Positions 58,645-64,000 of a stretch of 64,000 nucleotides of DNA are shown one piece after another. This stretch comes from Alphaproteobacteria bacterium MarineAlpha5_Bin7 (GTDB lineage Bacteria > Pseudomonadota > Alphaproteobacteria > HIMB59 > GCA-002718135). Each line of letters begins with the position of its first letter. The stretch's first letter is position 1. Made by a program: the position numbers and the translations under genes. Under the pieces are notes generated by a model. It had not been told where the DNA came from, did not search any database, and was given only the letters and a program-made list of their open reading frames with translations. The DNA lies in assembly GCA_002938195.1 (NCBI GenBank), contig PTKX01000002.1:248-64247 (forward strand). Direction: 5' to 3'.

Positions 58645-58839
58645 ATTTTCTCTTTATGACTGTTTTTATATAGAATTCCAGCTAAAATTCTATTTTTCAT
58701 GAGAACTTGACTTTCTACGTCTATTTTAATAAGCGTATTTTTGAAATTCCTTAATTGTAATTTTACTGACTTATCAGCTAGTGATAGGTACATCAGCCCA
58801 CGAGTATCGTGCCCTGGTGAAAATGTTGATTGGAGAAAA

Positions 58840-60204
58840 ATGTTTGGAACTTTAAATGAAAGATTAGAAAAAATCGTTAGCTCCATTCGTGGTAAAGCAA
58901 TTATTTCAGAAGCTGATTTAGATTTAACAATGCGAGAAATACGCATTGCTTTTTTGGAAGCAGATGTAGCACTACCTGTGGTTAAAGATTTTATCGATAA
59001 CGTTAAGTCAAACATATTAGGCAAGGAAATCCTTAAATCTATCAAACCTGATCAAATGATTATAAAATTAGTACAGGATGAGCTAATTAAAATATTAGGT
59101 GAAAATAATGCACCGATTAATATCCAAAAAAACGGTTTAACAAAAATTCTTTTTTGTGGATTGCAAGGATCAGGTAAAACTACATCTGTAGCAAAATTGG
59201 CAAATCATATTCAAAAAGAATCTAAGAAAAAAATATTGTTAGTTTCAGCTGATATTTATAGACCAGCAGCTCAAGAACAATTGAAGGTTTTAGCTAAACA
59301 AATCAATGTGAGTTTTTTTGATATTAATAATTCAAAATCTGTAGATCTAATAACAAATGAATCAATTGAATATGCAGCAAAAAACTTAATTGATATTATC
59401 TTGTTTGATACTGCGGGACGCCAAGTAATAGATGACAAGATGATGGAAGAATTAAAAATTATAGAAAATATTTTACAGCCTCATGAATCAATTTTAGTAG
59501 CTGATTCTTTAACCGGACAAGACGCAGCCAACGTTGCAAAAAATTTTGGCGAAACAATAAATATAACAGGATCAATACTCACCCGTGTCGACGGTGATGG
59601 TCGCGGTGGAGCAGCATTATCTATTAAATCAATTACTGGAGCTCCTATAAAATTTATAGGCACAGGTGAAAAGATTGAAAAACTGGAAGCTTTTTATCCA
59701 GATCGTATTGCAAATCGAATCTTAGGTATGGGAGATATTATTTCATTAGTTGAAAAAGCTGCAGAAAATATTGATGAAAAAGAAATGTCAAGTTTGGCAA
59801 AAAAAATGGCTAAAGGAGTATTTGATTTAGAAGATTTTGCTAAACAACTTAAACAGATGGGCAAAATGGGTGGAATTTCTGGAATTATGTCTATGCTCCC
59901 TGGTGTTTCTAAAGCACAAAAATTAATAGCAGAAAATAATATTTCTGAAGACTTAATTAAAAGTCAGATAGCAATTATTAATTCCATGACAAAAAAAGAA
60001 AAAAAAAATCCAATTTTAATAAAAGCTTCTAGAAAAATTAGAATATCAAATGGATCTGGAACTAGAGTACAAGATGTCAACAAGTTATTAAAACAGTTTT
60101 TTCAATCACAAAAAATGATGAAAAAAATGAAATCAATGGGAAAGGGCAGCTCGCCAGAAGATTTAATGCAAAAATTGCAAGGAAGAATGCCACCAAACTT
60201 TTAA
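58840..60204 (+). CDS. ffh: signal recognition particle protein Ffh
   Basis: MFGTLNERLEKI is the canonical N terminus (ATG 58840, GGAG 5 nt upstream). GLQGSGKTTS, DTAGR, and a Met-rich M domain. The track start at 58741 adds 33 implausible residues. Confidence 0.95.
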   Translation: MFGTLNERLEKIVSSIRGKAIISEADLDLTMREIRIAFLEADVALPVVKDFIDNVKSNILGKEILKSIKPDQMIIKLVQDELIKILGENNAPINIQKNGLTKILFCGLQGSGKTTSVAKLANHIQKESKKKILLVSADIYRPAAQEQLKVLAKQINVSFFDINNSKSVDLITNESIEYAAKNLIDIILFDTAGRQVIDDKMMEELKIIENILQPHESILVADSLTGQDAANVAKNFGETINITGSILTRVDGDGRGGAALSIKSITGAPIKFIGTGEKIEKLEAFYPDRIANRILGMGDIISLVEKAAENIDEKEMSSLAKKMAKGVFDLEDFAKQLKQMGKMGGISGIMSMLPGVSKAQKLIAENNISEDLIKSQIAIINSMTKKEKKNPILIKASRKIRISNGSGTRVQDVNKLLKQFFQSQKMMKKMKSMGKGSSPEDLMQKLQGRMPPNF

Positions 60205-60226
60205 TTAATTATGAAAGGAAAAATAT

Positions 60227-60712
60227 ATGCCAGTTAGAATTAGATTATCAAGAGGGGGTGCAAAAAAAAGACCTTTTTATAGAATAATAATTGCTGACTC
60301 TAGAAGATCAAGAGATGGAAAATTTATTGATCAAATAGGAACTTATAATCCTATGTTGAAAAAAGATGATCCAGGTAGAGTTAAAATTAATAATGAAAAA
60401 GCAAAGGAATGGCTAGAAAAGGGAGCACAACCAAGTGATAGAGTAAAAATATTTTTAAGTTCATTAGGTATGGTTGAAAAACCTATAATTACTGAAAAAA
60501 CTAAAAAACATTTGCCAAAGAAAAAACAAAAGGAAGAATCTCCTAAAGCAGAAACGAAAGCAGAAGATAAACCTGCAGAAGCAGCAAAGGAAGAATCTCC
60601 TAAAGCAGAAACGAAAGCAGAAGATAAACCTGCAGAAGCAGCAAAGGAAGAATCTCCTAAAGCAGAAACGAAAGCAGAAGATAAACCTGCAGAAGCAGCA
60701 AAGGAAAAATAA
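60227..60712 (+). CDS. rpsP: 30S ribosomal protein S16 with repeat-containing C-terminal extension
   Basis: [42 protein letters not shown] is the core. The C terminus carries three copies of [19 protein letters not shown]. Confidence 0.95.
   Translation: MPVRIRLSRGGAKKRPFYRIIIADSRRSRDGKFIDQIGTYNPMLKKDDPGRVKINNEKAKEWLEKGAQPSDRVKIFLSSLGMVEKPIITEKTKKHLPKKKQKEESPKAETKAEDKPAEAAKEESPKAETKAEDKPAEAAKEESPKAETKAEDKPAEAAKEK
60529..60706 (+). repeat. perfect 57-bp tandem repeat, about 3.1 copies, inside rpsP
   Basis: AAGGAAGAATCTCCTAAAGCAGAAACGAAAGCAGAAGATAAACCTGCAGAAGCAGCA recurs with period 57 (G at 60532, 60589, 60646 and 60703 align) with no mismatches seen. Confidence 0.9.
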
Positions 60713-60730
60713 AAATAACAAACAATTTTA

Positions 60731-61237
60731 GTGAAAAAAGAATTAATACATGTAGGAAAGTTTGGAAAACCTTTGGGATTGAAAGGAGAAGTAAGAATTA
60801 TAATGTTTTTAGAAAATATAGATGTATTTAAAAAATTAGATCCATATCTAGACAGTTATGGAAAAAAAAATTGGATTTTTGAATATTTAAAAATGAATGG
60901 AGAAAAGTTAGTTGGAAAATTATATAATTGTAACTCTAGAGAATGTGTAGAAAAGTTTTGCGGCCATAATATTTATGTTAAAAAAAATAGCTTTCCTAAA
61001 ATTAAAAAAAATCAATACTATATTCACGATTTAATTGATTGTAACGTTATCAATATTAATAATAAAAAAATAGGAAAAATAAAAAATATAGAAAATTACG
61101 GAGCTGGAAATTTAATAAATATACTTAAAACTAATGGCGAAGATTTTTATATTCCAATGAATGAAGATAATATTTATAAAATTAATTTAAAAGAAAAATT
61201 GATTATTATAAATCCAATTAAAGGAATTATTAATTAA
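60731..61237 (+). CDS. rimM: 16S rRNA processing protein RimM
   Basis: 168 aa with a GTG start. VGKFGKPLGLKGEVRI N terminus, in the rpsP-rimM-trmD-rplS operon position. Confidence 0.85.
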   Translation: MKKELIHVGKFGKPLGLKGEVRIIMFLENIDVFKKLDPYLDSYGKKNWIFEYLKMNGEKLVGKLYNCNSRECVEKFCGHNIYVKKNSFPKIKKNQYYIHDLIDCNVININNKKIGKIKNIENYGAGNLINILKTNGEDFYIPMNEDNIYKINLKEKLIIINPIKGIIN

Positions 61238-61238
61238 A

Positions 61239-61952
61239 ATGTTTTGTGTAAAAATATTGACAGCTTACCCTGAAATGTTCCCAGGCGTTCTGGGATATTC
61301 AGTTATAGGCAAGGCACTTAAAGAAAATGTATGGTCTTTAGAAATAATAAATTTACATGATTTTGGATTTGATAAAAGAAAAAGTATAGACGACAGTCCA
61401 TTTGGCGGAGGACCTGGTATGATTATTAGACCAGATGTTGTTGAAAAAGCTGTTAACCATATTAAAGAGAATTCTAGCAGAAATAGTCTTTATATTTACA
61501 TGACTCCTTCTGGGAAGACTCTAAAACAACTAGATTTAGTTAAATATTCAAAATTTGAAGAAATTATTATTTTGTGTGGAAGATTTGAAGGGGTTGACCA
61601 AAGAGCCATTAATATTCTAGGTTTCCGGGAAATAAGTATAGGAGATTATGTTTTGTCAGGGGGAGAAGTTGCTGCACAGGTATTAGTTGAAGGTTGTATT
61701 CGACTTATTCCTGGAGTATTAGGACAATCGGAAAGTATTTTGGAAGAAAGTTTTTCAGAAGAGCTTCTTGAGTATCCTCAATACACTAGACCACAAGTGT
61801 GGAAAGATACTCATAGGAAAGAACATCATGTGCCTGATATTTTATTATCTGGCAATCATGAAAAAATAAAAAGATGGAGATTTAATAAATCAATTGAAAA
61901 AACAGAAAATAACAAACCAGATTTATTAATAAAAAATAGGAATAAAAAATGA
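61239..61952 (+). CDS. trmD: tRNA (guanine37-N1)-methyltransferase
   Basis: 237 aa. [21 protein letters not shown] and [10 protein letters not shown]. Confidence 0.95.
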   Translation: MFCVKILTAYPEMFPGVLGYSVIGKALKENVWSLEIINLHDFGFDKRKSIDDSPFGGGPGMIIRPDVVEKAVNHIKENSSRNSLYIYMTPSGKTLKQLDLVKYSKFEEIIILCGRFEGVDQRAINILGFREISIGDYVLSGGEVAAQVLVEGCIRLIPGVLGQSESILEESFSEELLEYPQYTRPQVWKDTHRKEHHVPDILLSGNHEKIKRWRFNKSIEKTENNKPDLLIKNRNKK

Positions 61953-62572
61953 ACGATTTAATGCAAAAATTTGAAAAAAAACAAATTGAGAGACTTACTT
62001 CAAAAAAAAACATTCCAACCTTTAGAAGTGGAGACACTATTAAAGTTACTTTAAAAATTATTGAAGGAGAAAGATCTCGACTTCAAGCATTTGAGGGTAT
62101 TTGCATAGCAAGAAAAAATAATTCTGTTAATACAAAATTTACTTTAAGAAAAATCTCCCATGGTGAGGGAGTTGAAAGAGTATTTCCTTTATTTAGTCCT
62201 ATTATAGATAAAATTGAAGTGATACGAAAAGGTGATACTAAAAGAGCTAAACTATATTATTTAAGAAATAGAAAAGGTAAAAGTGCAAGAATAGCTGATC
62301 GTGATAGAGAGGAAGACGCTTACGAATACGAAATGCAAGAAAGCGCAGAAACAGATAAAAATAAAGAAACTTTAGATTCAAAAAATAATAATTTAGAAGT
62401 AGAAGATAAAGCCGCAGAGTCAGTAACGGAAGAATCTTCTAAAGCTGAAATGAAAACAGAAGAACCAGCAAAGGAAGATTCTTCACAAAAGGAAGAAAAA
62501 GTAATTCCTGAACAAAAGTCCGAGTCAGCTGCTTCTCAAGCAGATAAGACACAAGATGAAAAAAAATCATAA
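61949..62572 (+). CDS. rplS: 50S ribosomal protein L19 with about 88-aa acidic C-terminal extension
   Basis: The core has [11 protein letters not shown]...[18 protein letters not shown]...[13 protein letters not shown]. From about residue 119 onwards the tail is Glu/Ser/Lys/Asp-rich to residue 207. Confidence 0.9.
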   Translation: MNDLMQKFEKKQIERLTSKKNIPTFRSGDTIKVTLKIIEGERSRLQAFEGICIARKNNSVNTKFTLRKISHGEGVERVFPLFSPIIDKIEVIRKGDTKRAKLYYLRNRKGKSARIADRDREEDAYEYEMQESAETDKNKETLDSKNNNLEVEDKAAESVTEESSKAEMKTEEPAKEDSSQKEEKVIPEQKSESAASQADKTQDEKKS

Positions 62573-63962
62573 ACCAAAAACATTATTTGATAAAATTTGG
62601 AACAACCATCTTGTTGATCAACAAGCTGATGGTACTTGCTTAATATATATAGACCGTCATTTGGTTCATGAGGTAACAAGTCCCCAAGCTTTTGAAGGAC
62701 TTCGTAATAGTAAAAGAAAAGTTAGACAACCACAAAATACCTTTGCTGTTGCAGACCACAATGTGCCAACATCTGATCGTTCAAAAGGTATAGAAAATCT
62801 AGAAAGCAGAATCCAAGTTGAAACCCTTGAAGAAAATTGTAAAGATTTTAATATTACACTTTTTCCCTTGCTAGATAAAAGACAAGGTATTGTTCATATA
62901 GTTGGTCCAGAACAAGGTATTACTCAACCAGGAATGACAATAGTTTGTGGTGATAGCCATACTGCAACACACGGCGCTTTTGGATCTTTAGCATTCGGTA
63001 TTGGAACTAGTGAAGTGGAGCATGTTTTAGCTACTCAAACATTAATACAACAACCTGCTAAGAATATGCTTATAAAAATAGATAATGACGTTATATCTGG
63101 AGTAACAGCAAAAGACATTATTTTACATATTATAGGTCATATTGGAACTGCAGGAGGTACTGGATTTGTTATAGAGTATGCAGGCAAAGCTATAAAAAAT
63201 CTAAGTATGGAAGGAAGAATGACTATTTGTAATATGAGCATTGAGGCTGGAGCAAGAGCCGGATTAATTGCACCTGACGAGAAAACGATTCAGTATATTA
63301 AAAATCGTCCCTATGCCCCTAAGGGTAAAGATTGGGAAAATGCAGTAGCTTTTTGGAAATCTCTTCCATCAGATGAAACTGCAATATATGATAAAGAAAT
63401 TATTATAGATGGCCAGAGTATAGTGCCTCAAGTTACTTGGGGAACAAGCCCTCAAGATGTTGCTCCTATTGATGGCAATGTACCTGATCCTAATGATTTC
63501 AAAGATAAAAATAGAAGCAATGCCATAAAACGTTCTTTGGACTATATGGGCCTTGAACCAAATCAAAAAATTAGAGATATTAAGATTGATAGAGTTTTTA
63601 TTGGATCTTGCACCAATGGTAGAATTGAAGATTTAAGAGAGGTAGCTAAAGTAGTTAAGGGAAAAAAAGTAATTGTAGATGCCATGATTGTTCCAGGATC
63701 TGGATTAGTAAAAGAACAAGCTGAAAAAGAAGGTTTAGATAAAATTTTGATAGAAGCTGGATTTGATTGGCGTGAACCAGGATGCTCAATGTGTCTAGCA
63801 ATGAATCCAGATCAATTAAATCCTAAAGAAAGATGTGCTTCAACTTCCAACAGAAACTTTGAAGGCAGACAAGGGCGCGAAGGTAGAACTCATTTAGTTA
63901 GTCCAGGTATAGCAGCAGCCTCAGCAATTAAAGGCACTTTCAGTAGAGCTGAAGATTTATAA
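62556..63962 (+). CDS. leuC: 3-isopropylmalate dehydratase large subunit
   Basis: 468 aa. [35 protein letters not shown] and CSMCLAMN. Confidence 0.95.
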   Translation: MKKNHKPKTLFDKIWNNHLVDQQADGTCLIYIDRHLVHEVTSPQAFEGLRNSKRKVRQPQNTFAVADHNVPTSDRSKGIENLESRIQVETLEENCKDFNITLFPLLDKRQGIVHIVGPEQGITQPGMTIVCGDSHTATHGAFGSLAFGIGTSEVEHVLATQTLIQQPAKNMLIKIDNDVISGVTAKDIILHIIGHIGTAGGTGFVIEYAGKAIKNLSMEGRMTICNMSIEAGARAGLIAPDEKTIQYIKNRPYAPKGKDWENAVAFWKSLPSDETAIYDKEIIIDGQSIVPQVTWGTSPQDVAPIDGNVPDPNDFKDKNRSNAIKRSLDYMGLEPNQKIRDIKIDRVFIGSCTNGRIEDLREVAKVVKGKKVIVDAMIVPGSGLVKEQAEKEGLDKILIEAGFDWREPGCSMCLAMNPDQLNPKERCASTSNRNFEGRQGREGRTHLVSPGIAAASAIKGTFSRAEDL

Positions 63963-63963
63963 A

Positions 63964-64000
63964 ATGGAAAAATTTTTTGAATTAGAGGGAATAGCAGCTC
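63964..64000 (+). CDS. leuD: 3-isopropylmalate dehydratase small subunit (5' end only, truncated by the window)
   Basis: ATG 2 nt after the leuC stop. MEKFFELEGIAA resembles the LeuD N terminus (MekF..l.G.a.p). Confidence 0.6.
   Translation, partial: MEKFFELEGIAA

Noticed and set aside
58560-59045. 161-aa minus-strand ORF spanning the dapF start, the spacer and the ffh 5' end
   Set aside because: It overlaps two well-supported genes and the intergenic region, and no domain is recognisable. It is judged a chance open frame.
60464-60721. 85-aa minus-strand ORF (Phe/Cys/Arg-rich)
   Set aside because: It is an antisense artefact of the 57-bp tandem repeat inside rpsP, repeated with the same period, with no independent signals.
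1-64000. CRISPR arrays, rRNA, transposons/IS, prophage, toxin-antitoxin or known defence systems
   Set aside because: I scanned the intergenic regions and ORF translations. The only tandem repeats are intragenic (rpsP and the basic-protein gene), and no nuclease, integrase or Cas-like signature was recognised.

Overview
This is a very AT-rich (about 30% GC by eye), extremely gene-dense bacterial chromosome segment. Most gene junctions are under 100 bp and many overlap by 1-26 nt (ATGA/TAATG type). Gene content and synteny are alphaproteobacterial and strongly resemble a streamlined marine Pelagibacterales (SAR11)-type genome: gcrA, carD/cdnL-fdxA, a Suv3-like helicase, dapF-mtaB-ftsY-yciB, ffh-rpsP-rimM-trmD-rplS, tsaD next to hemX/hemY-like genes, and rsmB-heparinaseII/III-like-purH. 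All calls rest on reading the supplied ORF translations and the DNA by eye and on recalled family motifs; no searches were run. Most of the window is housekeeping: purH, acs, argG, folD, acnA, pgk, leuCD, a contiguous ccmABCDEFGH cytochrome c maturation operon, and ribosomal/SRP genes. No rRNA, CRISPR array, integrase, transposase or recognisable defence system was seen, and the only RNA gene is a truncated tRNA at the left edge. Items worth a second look: (1) ccmG is broken by a single in-frame TAA inside its membrane anchor, in an otherwise intact ccm operon. (2) An unlisted 55-aa protein that is 36/55 Lys/Arg (histone H1/AlgP-like) lies on the strand opposite a spurious track ORF, with a strong SD and a GC-rich terminator, next to the longest intergenic region of the window. 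(3) A tightly coupled roughly 9-kb operon has CUT1-type ABC transporter genes split by three enzyme genes (creatininase-family, unknown, MBL), flanked by MlrC/M81, RraA-like and Gfo/Idh/MocA genes, with no ATPase or regulator and no predictable substrate. (4) A HemX/alpha-Mic60-like plus HemY-like pair lacks hemCD. (5) A metallophosphoesterase homologue has all three metal-binding motifs degenerate. (6) Several TPR-sulfotransferase, GT9 and stand-alone sulfotransferase genes are scattered among core genes. (7) S16 carries a perfect 57-bp x3 tandem repeat and L19 has a long acidic tail. (8) A small DUF4346-like ORF is coupled to a homocysteine S-methyltransferase.
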